Positions 24,953 to 37,610 of a DNA stretch of 64,000 nucleotides are shown one piece after another. Each line of letters starts with the position of its first letter. The stretch's first letter is position 1. Under the pieces are notes generated by a model. That model did not search any database, was not told the DNA's origin, and saw only the letters and a list, made by a program, of their open reading frames with translations. A program made the position numbers and the translations under genes. The DNA is taken from positions 9,286,898 to 9,350,897 of the forward strand of contig MU054212.1 of assembly GCA_013239625.1 (NCBI GenBank), in the 5' to 3' direction. Origin of the DNA: Lama guanicoe. Its lineage: Eukaryota.

Positions 24953-25917
24953 CAGGGCCAGCTTCGTGGGCGAGGATCTGTGCAATCACGCAGGGCCCCA
25001 CACTCAGAAAGCCTCATGCTGGGTTTAATGCTCTCCTGTCACTGACTTGAAGTTCTTAGTTTTATCTTTGAAGTATGTTTTGTAAGTCAAGTCTGATGAG
25101 ACAAAGGAGCATCGACGTGAGCAGAGGAGACCCGTGCAATGTGTCCACTGTCCCTTTCTACCCCGTCACTTACAGCCTTTGTGATACCCATGAGCTTGGT
25201 GTTCCGGTGGGCCCACCATACGTGAGCAGCCCGAGAGGTTCAGAATAAGCGCGCGGCTAGCACGGTGTGTCTATAGCTGAGTAAGTGGGGAACACAGGCG
25301 CTCCAAGAGGTCATGCTTTCTTTCTGAACCAGACTTGATCTGCATAAAGGAGGCACTGGCATTGTAAGGAGCATGAATGACCAGGGAACCTAAACATAAC
25401 CTTTCTTACTCATGTTACTTTCTTGTATAAATGCCAACCGCTTATGCTGGAAATGATGACACGGAAGAAAAGGAAAACATAGGGCAGCTCATAATTTTTC
25501 TTTCAGTCCTTCCTTACTCATCTGTAAGTTGAGAATGTTGCTAGAATATGAACATATCAAGACACGAAATAACAGTTCAGCTAGTTTTGCACATTGTTTC
25601 TACTGTTCTGGTTAAGAACAAAACATACATGCATACAAGAGGTAATACAAACTGTGTAATCTTGGTGATTATATGAGTTAAATGTTCTTATAGTTGCATT
25701 TAAAACTAGAATTGCAAAATATAAAGATGAATGATAAAATTAATGCTAATAATTTATGCAAACAAAAAAACCCCACCATAACAAGTTGTGCAAGAGACCA
25801 CAGAAGAAAGGAAAAACATTTTAGTACTTTTAATGGTACTGTTTTCCTCATTTTTTTGGACAAGAGGTGCCACAGCTTCGTTTTGCACTGGGGCCTGCAC
25901 ACTGGCAGTCAGCCCTG
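24953..25917. mobile_element. MER45B-like hAT-Tip100 element
   Basis: Begins cagggccagcttcgtgggc and ends ttttgcactggggcc...cagccctg (terminal inverted repeats). About 1 kb. Confidence 0.75.
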
Positions 25918-26699
25918 CCCTGGGCTGCTCTGCAACTCCTCAGGCACGTTGCAAGCCCTTCCTTATTGGAACCCCCTCCGGTCTACAGCCCTTTGGGGAC
26001 TCCAACTGATTGATTGTCACTGATTTGAAGGGCGTCATTGCTCTTGTGGCTTGTGAACTCTAGAACTGGACCAGGACTGACTGACAAGTAATTCAGCGGC
26101 CCCACAAGTAGCAGTGGAAGATGACACGACTTCTCAATCCCCTTCTACCCTGGACTTGGGGGAGCAGGCAAACGCTGGCAGCTCTTAGCTGACACTGCAG
26201 GTTCTCCCTTTGATTTGATCAGCTTTGGCAGAAAAATGCTTCTGGAAGACTAAACTTCAGCTATTATCCTTGACGACTTGGTTCCTCTCTGTCCTTTTCT
26301 GCCACTGCATGAGTTGTCGAGCAGCTGTGAGTAGGCAGAGCAGGTGGAAAGCCCTTGCCAACAGTGACTGATTGCCTCAAAGTGAACAGTCCTACAAAGG
26401 AATGCTTGGGAGGTTTTGGTGGTGGTTTTTTAACAGTACAGTACAATCACCTCTTCTTTTAAAAAAAAATATAATTTTGGCAAATGTGCAAATACCACAT
26501 CACAAAACCGGAAACGAGAAACTTTAGAGGAAACTGAAAATGAGCAAAGCAAGATTTGCTTGTGACGAAGGACAGAAAGAACATACAAATGTATCTTTAA
26601 GAGTTTTCACGGAACATTACAACCCATCAAATTAAGGTATCTACATTCTCTAACAAAAACTAACTGATCTGAGGAAGCGTGATGCAAAAATATTCTAAT

Positions 26700-26872
26700 G
26701 CTGCGCTGTCCACTGGAGCTCTCTGTGATGATGGCAATGTTTCACCATCCCTGTGCTAATACAGAATCCACTAGCCACGTGAATACCCACAATGTGGCCA
26801 ACTGAGGAACTGAGTTTTTAATATAGCTTAAATTTCGCCACTTGAAGAAGTGTCTACCAACTGAACAGCACA
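26700..26872. mobile_element. MER3-like remnant
   Basis: Contains gcgctgtcca..ctctgtgatgatgg...ctgaggaactgagtttt. Confidence 0.55.
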
Positions 26873-27246
26873 GTTCTAATGCCTCGAAGGTCAAAGCCAG
26901 TGGTTTCTTTGAGGGACTTCTCTACTGGTGAGGGGTAGTTGGGTAGCTGGTAGTAGAAAAAGAAGAAAAAGCTCTTAGCAGATCCCTTAGGTCACTTACG
27001 TAAGACCTTACGTTCTCCAGGTTCCCGGGCAGCAGGTGGCACAACCTGCTGTGAGGGGCCCGAGGGAGGGTTCTCGAGGAGACCTGAGAACGCCCCTCCA
27101 ACTCCCGGCTAATGCCAATGCGAGTAAAAGGCCTAGGATTTTGGTCACTCAGATAGGAAGAGGACTATGGGTCCACACACACAAGCCGAGGCTTGGGTCG
27201 TGCCTGGAAATCACTGCGGTGGGGCTGGGGGAAGCTGGAGGTGGAC

Positions 27247-27477
27247 TCACTTCCTGGCAGGGTTTCCGGAGCCAGAGGAGGGCTTAGAGGAGCAAGGAGA
27301 ACCTGAGGACCCTTTCTGACCACCTGCAGGCTGAACAGGCCCTTTCTTTTTGGGGATTAAGGTCTTGTTCTTGCTCTTGAACACCTTGCTGGGATCCAGC
27401 TTGTTCACGAAGGAGTCGGTCTCTTCCGTGAGTAGGTCTGTGTTGTAGGTGATGGGTTTATACATGTTGAACCACTG
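27247..27477 (-). CDS. TPGS2: TPGS2 exon 7 (last coding exon)
   Basis: Acceptor ccttacag|. Encodes QWFNMYKPITYNTDLLTEETDSFVNKLDPSKVFKSKNK...SGSGNPARK then TGA. The seven exons sum to 885 nt (294 aa plus stop). Confidence 0.95.
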   Translation of the reverse strand, partial: QWFNMYKPITYNTDLLTEETDSFVNKLDPSKVFKSKNKTLIPKKKGPVQPAGGQKGSSGSPCSSKPSSGSGNPARK

Positions 27478-28688
27478 CTGTAAGGCACAATTGGGGGAGA
27501 GGGTCACAGTTCCCAGGACAAGTGCGTGTGTTTCTGCTCTTTACTAGAGATACAGGGTAGAGAGATGGGAAGGTGAGTTAAACATTTTTCATGAAAAACT
27601 GCCTCTAAAATCTAAAGGGAAGACACTCGTTGCATTGTGACCTGTAAACAGTGCAGCATGAGGACCAAGCGTCTGAGAAAACATCCATCCTTCTGCCCTA
27701 GTGGGCCCGAGCCCGGGGGGCAAGGTCCCACGTCATCGGGGAACAGTGCCTTTCCAACCGTTCTGCCCTCACACCAGCCACTGGCTCCGGTCGCGTCCTT
27801 CCCTCTGCTGGGGGAAGCTGCCCGCTCTCCTCCCTGTGGGCTTACTGGGCAGCTGAGGGCACAGGGCATCTAAACTGGTTGACTTTCATTGATCATCACC
27901 ACCCATCTGTTGACTGGATGGATGTCACTGTCATGTGATATTTGAGGAAGGTGAGGTCCACTCAATTAATAAATACATGGAGCTCAGTCCCTCATATTTT
28001 GCCACCTAAAGTTCTTCTAGACACACCTCGTGTTCTCATACCAGGCCGGGTATCAGCATGACCTGACATCTGCATGGTGTCTGTGTCTGTTATGTAAATG
28101 AGGCACAGCCAGACTCTGGAATATTCTATATCATTGAAAAGGACAGCTCTACATATACGGATAGAAAATGTGCTCCAACATGAAGTTAAGTGAAAAGGTG
28201 CAGCGCAATGTGAACAGTACATTGTACTTGTGATTTAGAAAAAAGGAACCCAAAACTGTATGCATAGATGCTTTCTATCCAATAGAGGATCTTGGTGAGG
28301 GCACACGACAAATTAACAGTGGCTGCCTGTGGGCAAGTGGCTGGAGGCAGAGGATAAGAGACGGATTTGTCACTGTTCCTGTGTGCATGTCCTGCCTGGC
28401 TAAAACCAACAATTAAACCTAAGCCAGCAAAAAATTTCATTAGAGATAAAAACTCCCCAGGTGATTCTGAGGGTCAGCCACGTTTGGGAACCACTTAACT
28501 GGTATAAAGTGAGACTGTCCACCTATGTTGGAAGTACCTGCCCTGCTGATTGATTGAAAATACAGGTTCCTGAGCTCCACCCCAGATCACCTGAGTCAGA
28601 TGAGAAGCTGGACATCTACAATGTAAGCCTTTCCTCAGAGGATTCTGACACCTTCCACAGTCTGAGGTGACAGGTGGTCCCCCCTTAC

Positions 28689-28849
28689 CTTGGCCTGCGG
28701 GCTAATGCCATAGCCGGTGAAGGCATACTGCCACTGGGGCAGCCCCAGGTGGGTGATGAGCAGGCGGTAATAGGCCGTAAAGGTGTCCGTGAGAAAATGC
28801 CAGTACAGCGCTCTGTCCAGGAACCAGATCTCAGCATCCTGTGCTGATG
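28689..28849 (-). CDS. TPGS2: TPGS2 exon 6
   Basis: tgtttcag| ... AAG|gtaagg. Encodes ASAQDAEIWFLDRALYWHFLTDTFTAYYRLLITHLGLPQWQYAFTGYGISPQAK. 161 nt, ends in phase 0. Confidence 0.96.
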
Positions 28850-30460
28850 CTGAAACAGACAGACAAAGGAATTAAACGAGAGGATGGCTGAACACTTTTT
28901 TCCTTTTATCTAGAAAGTCGACATCTACTCATAGTTTAAAAAAAGCTTCAGTGGTAGAAGGGATGTAAAATACAGTAACTTTGTTTTCCCTTCGAACCTC
29001 CTAGTTCCACTCTCCAGGGGCCACTGTGACTGGTTCTCTGGTGCTCCTTCACAGGCTCTTGGTCAGTCAGTCCGCCACTCTGCTGGGCTCTGGCCGTCTG
29101 TGCTTTCATCAGCTCATCAGCGCTGCTTCCTTACGTGGACGTAACACTCCGCCCTCCCCAACAGGTGCGTGCCGTGGTCTCAGCCTTCCCGACGGGGAGC
29201 AGCTCTGCATGGCGCTGGTTTTCGGAGGTCTCTGTCCGGAACTGGAAGTGCTGCGAGAAGCCACCACGGAGAAGCCCAGACCAACTGCCTCCTGGGGCTC
29301 CTGCCGGCGCTGCTGGGTGATGTGCTGGCTGAGCTCCAGCAGGTGCTCTCCGTGCTGCCCGCTCCTGCCTCACGCTGCTTCTGACCTTGCGCTCTCACTG
29401 CTGCAGGGCCTCTCCTCGTTCACCTCCTGTCTTCTGGTGGCGGCCAACTCCCCTTCCTCCCTCCAGTACCCTCCTCTTCCACTTGTGCTCTTGGTCACAT
29501 ACATTTTCATTTGAAACCTGCCATTCTGCCGCTTAAAACCTGGAGTCCCCACCGTCTTCCAAAAAATGTCCAAACTCCTTCATCTGGCTTCCAAAACTCC
29601 ACGTGAAGGGGACAAGTGGGCCTGTGGGGTCATCTCACTACAAGAACCACGTGGCCCAATGATCTGGAATTATTTGTCATTTCATCCAAATCGGTTGCAC
29701 TCTCCCACAACATGGCTTTTACCCACATCTCTTTATGTGTTTACCCCTTTCTGCTCCCCCACAAAATCTCACATCCCACCTCATGTCTCATTCTGACCCA
29801 TAGATACAGCTGCATTCAAGATGCAGTTCAAAGGCTACGTCACAAAGACGCCTCAGCTGGAGATGGTTTCTCCTTTCCCCCAGAGGTAAATCCTGGTGTG
29901 TCTCGTCACCCCTTCCAGGCAGAGAGCTACCTGAAGAGGGCTGGACTTTGTCCAGTCCTGCAGCCCGACATCCCCAGGCCACGGCCTGAACTGCTGTTAG
30001 GGGGCCAGGCGGTGGCCGCTGCTCAAGAGGCCAGAGCCTTTTTCTCTTGATTTCCCATCTGGGATCTTAGATTGGGATCTAGTAATTTGGGTTTTTATTG
30101 CTGTTAATTGGCCTACATAAAGAAGTGTAAATAACAATGTTTTGCCTGCATGAGCATGCAGGAAGGAGTTATAAACAGAATGACAATTCTTCTCAGTTTT
30201 TATTCACTTACTATCCTAATCTTATTACTCTGCAGTAACTCACAAATAACACAAATGACAACAGCTTAAAAATACAAGTAACTGGCCTGGAGGGGATGCT
30301 CAGAGAGGACCAAAGGGGCTTTCTGCGTCTTGGTGTCTCCAGGAGACCCAGAAGCACCTCAGGAGGTCAAGGAGAGGTGTGCCTTTTGTGTGATGGCTGG
30401 AGAGCAAGGTCAGTCAAGGCCATTTCCAAGCTATAGGACCACGCCTGTCAAGATTCTTAC

Positions 30461-30574
30461 CTGGTTTCCCTTTTTTGTAGACGAGGCAAACCTTCCCATT
30501 CCCACTGCAAGGGTCCAGCTCAAATATCACACTGCGGGAATCAAAGTGGGGCTTTTCCGGCTGGTCCTCACTGG
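30461..30574 (-). CDS. TPGS2: TPGS2 exon 5
   Basis: tttgcag| ... |gtaaga. Encodes ASEDQPEKPHFDSRSVIFELDPCSGNGKVCLVYKKGKP. 114 nt. Confidence 0.96.
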
Positions 30575-31249
30575 CTGCAAACGCAAAGTTAATGGTAATG
30601 TTCAAACACGCTCAGCTCAAACATACTTATTCATCCAGCTTTGCTAGGATGAAAAAAACAGAAGGAAAAAAAGCCTTATTGCAAACATATTCTTAACAAT
30701 TATTTTCAAATGTGGACCAAATATAGTCTATATTCTCAATGCCCTGGAGTCTTATTCATGGTGTAAATCTTCTGTCTGGGCTCCCCTATCACCGATAGAC
30801 AGTGTCGCAGAATCTGGGCAAAGGTGACATGAAGACAACAAACTGAACTTCTGGGAGCAGGGCTACGTGAAGTCAGAATAATCTGCACAACGTTTTTCTT
30901 CTCCCCCAGATTAACACTTACAGCACTTCATGATCTTTTGATTAGAATCCTTTTTCCTAGTCTCAAATGTATATTTACGGTTAATTATAATCTTACAATT
31001 CTAAGTCTGGATCTTTTAGAAATACCTACCTAGAAACCAAATACCACGGTGTAACAGAAAAAAGATAAATTCTTAGACATGCACGCCTTGGAAACCTCTC
31101 CTGCTTCTTTCATGACAGCAATTACACAATAAAAATTAGTATCAGTGACTAGGGTGCAGGGTTTATAACCCTGGGATAGACTGGATAAAACAAAGTATAA
31201 TAAAAATAATGTTTTTGATTTATACATCCATACATATAAATATAAATGT

Positions 31250-32530
31250 TCCTTGGTATGGAATTTCATTTTCCCCTTGACTGCTTTTAAGATTTTCTCT
31301 TTATCCCCGATTTTTGAACAGTCTGTGTTTCTCAGTATTGTTTCTTCATGTTCTTTATTCCTGGCTTGTGAAGCTCCTTAGATATGGTTTAAGTTTCCAT
31401 GAAATTGGTAAAATTTCAAGCCACTACTTCTTGAAATGTTTTCTGGCCCACATCCCTCTTTTTACAGACTCCAGTTACACACACATTACACCACCTGTCG
31501 TCCCTCAGTTCACTAGTGCTCTTTTCACTAAAAGAGTTTATTTTTTTCTGTGTTATTTCAGTTAGTCTACTGTTATGTCTTCAAGTTCTCCAGTCTTTTC
31601 TCTGGCAATGTCTAAGCTATTGTTAGTCCCATCCAGTGTATATTTCATCTCAGACACTTGTTTCATCTCTAAAACTTACATTTGATTTTTTTTTCCTATC
31701 TCCATGTCCGTACGAAGTTTTGCACATACAGAATTCAGTAATATAATGACTGTTTTAATGCCTATATTTGCTAGTTCTAAACTGTGTGTCAATTCTGGAT
31801 TGGTTTCAATTAAACAATTTTTCTCATCATGGTCATTTTCCCTGCTTTTCTGCGTGCCTGGTAATCTTTGATTGGATACCAGAAATTGTTAATTTTGCAT
31901 TGTTGAATGCTTGATATTTTCATATTCCTATAAATATTGTTGAGCTTTGTTCCGTGGCACAAAATACTTGGAAACAGACACTTTTAGGTCCTGTGCTTAG
32001 TACCTGTCAGGCAAGACCAACGCAGCGTTTAACCGAGGGCTAATTTTCCCCCACCACTGAGACAGGATCCCCCCTGAGCACTCTACCTAATTCTGTGTAA
32101 ACCACGAGGTGCTTCAGCCTGACCGGTAGAAACAGGCACTGTTTGTGGACCCATGTGAGCACCCAGGCGTTGCTCCTTCTAGTCATCCTGGGTGGTTCTG
32201 TCGCTGGCCTTGGGCAGTGCCTTCAAATGCACGTGCTGATCGGTTCTTTGCGGAACCCCTGACTGAGGACGAGCCTCTGCAGATCTCTGTGGTTCTCCCT
32301 TCATGCAGCCCATCCCTCCTCCATACTCAATCCTGTGAACGCTAGCTGTCTTCATCCAGCGGGGCTCTTAGCTCCGTCTTCGCAGTTAGCAGAGTGTGAG
32401 AGGTGCTCCTTGGGTTCCCCTCTCCACGCCGTCGACTGGAAGCTCTCAGGTAACAAGCCAGGGTTCATCTCGCCTGGTTCCCATCATTCAGAGCTCACCG
32501 TCCTTCCCTGCCTGATGGTCACTGTCCTGA
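31250..32530 (-). mobile_element. ancient L1 (L1M) 5'/ORF1-region remnant
   Basis: T-rich with ttttaagattttctctttatc and aaaatttcaagccactacttc motifs, which also appear in the 60460-61230 element. Confidence 0.55.
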
Positions 32531-32719
32531 AGTCCAACTGCTTGTCCAGATGGAGGAGCCCTGCATCAGCGCTCTCTGCCAGAACTCCCATCACTCCAAG
32601 GCTCTGGTATTGGAGGTGCTGGTTGCCTAATGAACATGCATTCATTCTCCCTTCTCTAAACCCCAGTTCTGTCTGACGAGGCCATACTGCGCAGCTGAAA
32701 GTACTCACCTCCTCAAATT

Positions 32720-33085
32720 CCCTCGCAGCTGTGGCTAACCTTCCGACTCAGTTCTGGCCAATGGCTATTGGGAGGTGCTTCTGAGAAAGTTACTACTTTC
32801 CTGATAAAAAGGGAAGTATTTGCCAAGAGAGAGTTATCTTGCCCTTTACTCTTCTTTTTCCTGCCTGGAACATAGGCTTGACGCTTAGGGTAGAGTCCAC
32901 GTGCTTCAACCACGAGGATGAAAACCACACCCAAAGGCTGCTGCACTGGGAATTCAGAGGGAGATTTTATCACTGTTTCTCAAGCAGCTACCCCAGCCTA
33001 GTTCCAGATTTCTTGTTATAAGAAAAATAAACTAGTTTAAACACTGTAATGGGGGCCTGTTATATGCAGACAAATGCAGTTCTGA
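32720..33085 (+). mobile_element. old MLT1-like LTR remnant
   Basis: Contains cagttctggccaatg..gcttctgagaaag and ccagatttcttgttataagaaaaataaac. Confidence 0.5.
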
Positions 33086-33544
33086 CTGAAGAAGTCCTCA
33101 GTTATTCACAACTGATCATAACGTTGGCAGCCATTTGAATTATATGCCATTTCAATCAGAAGTGGCGAAGAGCCTGGAGGAGGAAGGGAGCTGCATTTGG
33201 CCTGTATTGGTCCCGGAAACCGCCCAACACTGAAATGTGCAGTTTAATCTGTAACATCCATTCACTGACCAAGTATTCATTAACTGCCTACTACGTGCCA
33301 GGGACTGAAGGGGTGCTGGAAACCACACAAAGATCCCAACCCTGACAGTTTCTTCACGAAAACTTCCTTTCTTGGTACAGGTTTTTTTTTTTCACGTTGC
33401 TCCCATGGTCCTGAGAAGCCAGGAATGGGAAGGCTTGGGGTTCAGGGGAACACGTTACAATGCCACAGTGTCTTCCTACGATCTTCAACATTCTAAACGG
33501 GAAACAAGCAGGCTGATTTCGAACAAAGCATAAGTTCTAGTTAC

Positions 33545-33673
33545 CTTCTTGTGTCTCGTCCTCTAGGTCTGCCAGAGTCGGTGCATTAGGGAGTGAGTAC
33601 ATGGCAGACTGGTTGAGTTGAGTCAGTTTTGAAATGCTGTTAATTGCCATGCTGCCCAATGGAATGGTATGCT
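33545..33673 (-). CDS. TPGS2: TPGS2 exon 4
   Basis: ttcccatag| ... |gtaact. Encodes EHTIPLGSMAINSISKLTQLNQSAMYSLPNAPTLADLEDETQE. 129 nt. Confidence 0.96.
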
Positions 33674-33823
33674 CTATGGGAAAGTTACAAAAAAAAAAAA
33701 AGCAATTACATGGAGTAACAAGCTAGTTACCATAGTCATCAGTGTGAACTCAGGGCAGAGGAAGCGAATGGAAAGTGGAAAGAAGAGAATCAGTGCACTA
33801 CTACATGCTCCAAAGCACCAGCC

Positions 33824-33827
<4 letters not shown>

Positions 33828-33856
<29 letters not shown>
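33828..33856. repeat. (CA)14 microsatellite
   Basis: Read directly from the sequence. Confidence 0.95.
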
Positions 33857-35110
33857 AGTAGCTGGGGCCACGCATGGACAACCAAAGAAAAATTTACAAG
33901 GCGATGCTCAAAATAATTGGGAATTCTAGGGTAGGCCTTCAAGAACTGTTTCCTTTCTGAAGCAGGCTTGTGAAGGGGCTGGCCCGTCTCCATCATGTGG
34001 GCAGTCGCTCTAGAATTTTCCACTGTCTCTGTTGCTCCAGTCTCCAAAGGCCAGAGCCATGAGGGTTCTGATGCTGGGGACAAGAATGGTTTCTAGACCA
34101 GTGGAGGAAATGATTCTAAGCTAACAGTTCATGCTAAATGCTCAGTAGTAAGCTGTATAATGTGCCTCTGGTCAGCTGCAAGAGAGAAAGAGGAAAGTTT
34201 TGGGAGTCACCAGAAAAGGAAACTTAGGAGGTAGGGGCAATGAAGGGGAGGAGGCAGTTCTGCAGATTTGCTAGTGCCTAGAAGTCCCTGCATTCTTAGT
34301 GACAGCGTGGAGAGGTGCAGGATGTTTCCCAGGGACCAGCGCAGATCTGGGATTGTGGCTGGAGTCTGAAGGCAATAAAGGCCTCTTGAGGACAGGGAAG
34401 TCTGCAAAGGAATGAGCTGGAGCCCAGTGGCCAGATCAGGATTTCGTAGCCTACAAAATGTTACCAGAGTCTTCACCTAAATGTGCAGCCCTGACTTTCA
34501 ACTTTCACACCTGCTCAGTACCTGAGTTTCTGACGTGTACCAAGTTGTGAGCTTCCACATCCACAACACAAACGTTTATCTGGACACATTTAATTCCAAG
34601 GATGACAGCCTATGAACTGAAGCGGTTGATGACTCAGGCTGAGGAGAGGTGAGGGAGGGCAGGAAAGGCTCTGGGCGGAGGGTCGGCGCCCTGAGGTGTC
34701 CAGCGTGCCGGGAATGAAGGAGGAGCCCCTCCTATGGCCACCAGAGACTGTCACCACAGCTCTCCTGAGGAGACTGCCCCAAAGCAGAGTCCTCAGAGGG
34801 TTGTGAGGTGGCTCAGGGCTTTTGTGTGCCGGCTAATTATCCCCTCCCCTCACTGCAGCAGGAGGCCTCTAAACTGGGCTTCTGGCTAAGTGCTGGATGG
34901 ACTCCGGCCCAGGGGCTCAGGGGTGGTGGGTGAAGCAGGGATGGCATACGCTGGCTCTGGGACACAGTCACAGTGTCTGGACACCGTACTTCAGGAGAAG
35001 CCATGACAACTGTCCAGATTCAAAGGCTCATAAGTTGTAACGGCCCCCAGAGTTGTTTCATCTAACCTCTTGGCCAGGGAGATGTTCCCCAAACAAGGAG
35101 GCTGACTCAC

Positions 35111-35198
35111 CATCCAGCTTCACACTCCACGTCATGTGGAAGCCATTGGTCATCAGGTAAAAGTTCTTCAGATCCTCAGGCAGCACACAGTTATTCTT
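35111..35198 (-). CDS. TPGS2: TPGS2 exon 3
   Basis: ttctag| ... |gtgagt. Encodes KNNCVLPEDLKNFYLMTNGFHMTWSVKLD. 88 nt. Confidence 0.96.
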
Positions 35199-35337
35199 CT
35201 AGAATCACAAAGCAGCAGAGTGTTGGGTCAGGGCTGGGAAGGAGGGCGCAGGGCTATGCCTCAAAGCAACGGGGATGCTATTTACTGTGTCGGATGCCCA
35301 AACAGGAAGACACTGGTGGTTATCTAGAAAAGTCTAT

Positions 35338-37610
35338 GGAGAGTTCTGGGTTGAGATGGCAACGCAGCAGCTCCTGAGCTCACCTCGTCCCACAGACCCC
35401 TCCACCCACAGCTACATACTGAACAGTTCCCTCCGAAAGGAATCCAGAAGCCGGCTGAGTAACTTCTACGCATCAGGCAAGCAAGAAGACACACTGAAAC
35501 TGGCAGGAGGGGTTGGTCAAAATCTTGTCCTAGAACCCCTCGTGGCAGGGTGACACAACCGGGAGGAGCAAAGGGTCTGGACCCTGCATCTGGTGCCCCA
35601 GCTTTTGTGGCTGCCGCCCAGAGGACACATGCTCGTCGTCTGATGAGCAGCGGGGTCTGTACTCATGGGTGCAATGGGATGGCAGAAAATAAAGAAACAG
35701 TTAAGAACCGGCTATCCTCCCAGGGCTCAGTACGGAGGGAGGAGAGAGTACGCCCATCTCTCAGTCCTCCCTGAAAGAGGTATGCCTGCCTCCTTTAAAA
35801 GCTACTGCCTGAGCGTCCAGTTTCCAATCTGCTTGCATCTAGGTGCTGAGATCCTCGCCTTTAGGACACCGACAGATCTTGGCACACCCTCAACTACTGG
35901 GAGCCATTAACAACAAAGCAGGCTGAACATTCCCAAAGGTGTAAAAGACAACCACGGGCCAGGGCAGGATTGAATCATAAGGTTCATCTCTTACACGAGG
36001 CCACTCCTTGAAGACTGGGAGAGGTGGTTTGTCCCTGATGCACAGAAACCAACAGAGAGAGTCAAGAAAAATGAAGAAACAGAGGAATATGTTTCAATTG
36101 AAAGAATTAGATAAAACCCCAGGAAAAGACCTAAATGAAATGAAGATAAGTAATTTCACCTTTAAAGAGCTCAAACAATGGCACAGAGATGCTCACTGAA
36201 GTCAGGGGAACCGCACACGAACAAAGTGAGAATTTCAACAAAAAGAAAATACAAGAAAGTATTAAACAAATCACAGAGGCGAGGAGTCCAACAAATGACC
36301 TGAAAAATTCAGTAAAGGTGTTCAAGAGAAGACTAGGTAAGTGAAAGAAAGAGTCAGTGAACTAGGAGACAGTATTAGAATTCATCCAACCAGATCAGCA
36401 CAGAGAAAAAGATTAAGAAGGAGTGAATACAGCTTAAGGGACTTATGGGACAACATCAAGCAGATCAATATTCACACTTACAGGGGCGTCAGAAGAAGGA
36501 GAGAAAGGGGCAGAAAGATTCTCTGAAGAAATAATGGCTGAAAATTTCCTTAACCTGGGGAAGGAAATAGACTACCTGGAAATAGACCCAAGAATCCCAG
36601 AGAGTTCCAAAAAAGAAGAATCCAAAGAGACATTATAATTAAATTGTCAAAAGTTATTTAAAGGAGAGGGGGGAGGTATAGCTCAATGGCAGAGTGTGTG
36701 ATTAGCATGCACAAGGTCCTGGGTTCAATCCCCAGTACCTCCATTAATAATTTAAGGAGAAATATAGTTTTCCAGAGAAGAAAGAGCTGAAGGAGCTCAC
36801 CACCACTAGACCAGCCTTACAACAAATATTAAAGGGACTTCTTTAAGCTGAAACAAAAGGAGGCTAATTAGCAACAGGGGAAAAAAAATGACAGTATAAA
36901 TCTCACAGGCAAAAGTAAATATATAGTTAAATTCAGAATAATCTAATGTCCTGGTGGTGGATTAATCACTTACAGATCTAGTATGAAGATTAAAAGACAA
37001 AGTAGTAAACTAACTATAGTGAAAACAGTAAAATATACTGTGTTTTAGAAGTAAAAACAACTATAACTACAATAATTTGTTAATGGATACATAAAATAAA
37101 AGGATGCAAGTTGTCACATCTTTTTATACGTGTAGCAAGGAGAGTAAAAATATAAAGCTTTAAAATGTGTTCAAACAAGCTTTTATAGCTTAAAATAGAC
37201 TGTTATAAGCCTCATGTTGACCACAAAGGAAAAATCTATAGCAGATACAGAAAAGATAAAAAGAAAGGAGTCTAAGAACCCATTACAGAAAACCATCAAA
37301 GAAAGCAAAAGAAGAAAGGAACAAAGGGATTACAAAACAGCCAGAAATCAATGAACCAAATGGCATTAAGTCCATTACCTATCAACAGTTACTTTAAATG
37401 TAAATGAACTAAATTCTCCAGTCAAAAGACAAAGAGTGACTGAATGGATAAGAAATGAGGCAAACTATGTTGCCTACAAGAGATGTAATAACACCTTCAG
37501 ATTATGTAATAATACACAGACTAAAAGTGAAGGGATGGAAAGCCACTTCATGTAAATGGAAACCAAAGAAAGCTGGGATGGCTATACATTCAAAATAGAC
37601 CCTAAGCCAA
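35338..37610 (+). mobile_element. L1 5' UTR, decayed ORF1 and start of ORF2
   Basis: L1 5' terminus (gagatggcaacgcagcagctcctgagctcacc), ORF1-like SEYSLRDLWDNIKQINI, and endonuclease-start sequence (ttactttaaatgtaaatg..ctaaattctcca). Confidence 0.85.
36668..36743 (+). mobile_element. tRNA-Ala-derived SINE (camelid Vic-1-like) inserted in L1 ORF1
   Basis: ggggggaggtatagctcaatggcagagtgtgtgattagcatgcacaaggtcctgggttcaatccccagtacctcca has A and B boxes. aaggaga is repeated at 36661-36667 and 36754-36760. Confidence 0.85.

Noticed and set aside
27612..27641. Possible upstream acceptor for TPGS2 exon 7 (tgtttacag|GTC, giving VTMQRVSSL stop)
   Set aside because: Only a generic AG context, with nothing else to support its use.
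29026..29514. GC-rich patch with several ORFs in TPGS2 intron 5
   Set aside because: No recognisable protein or fitting splice sites. It looks like decayed old repeat sequence.
36668..36743. Possible tRNA-Ala gene
   Set aside because: It has an encoded CCA, an AT tail, a flanking duplication and sits inside an L1, so a SINE explains it better.
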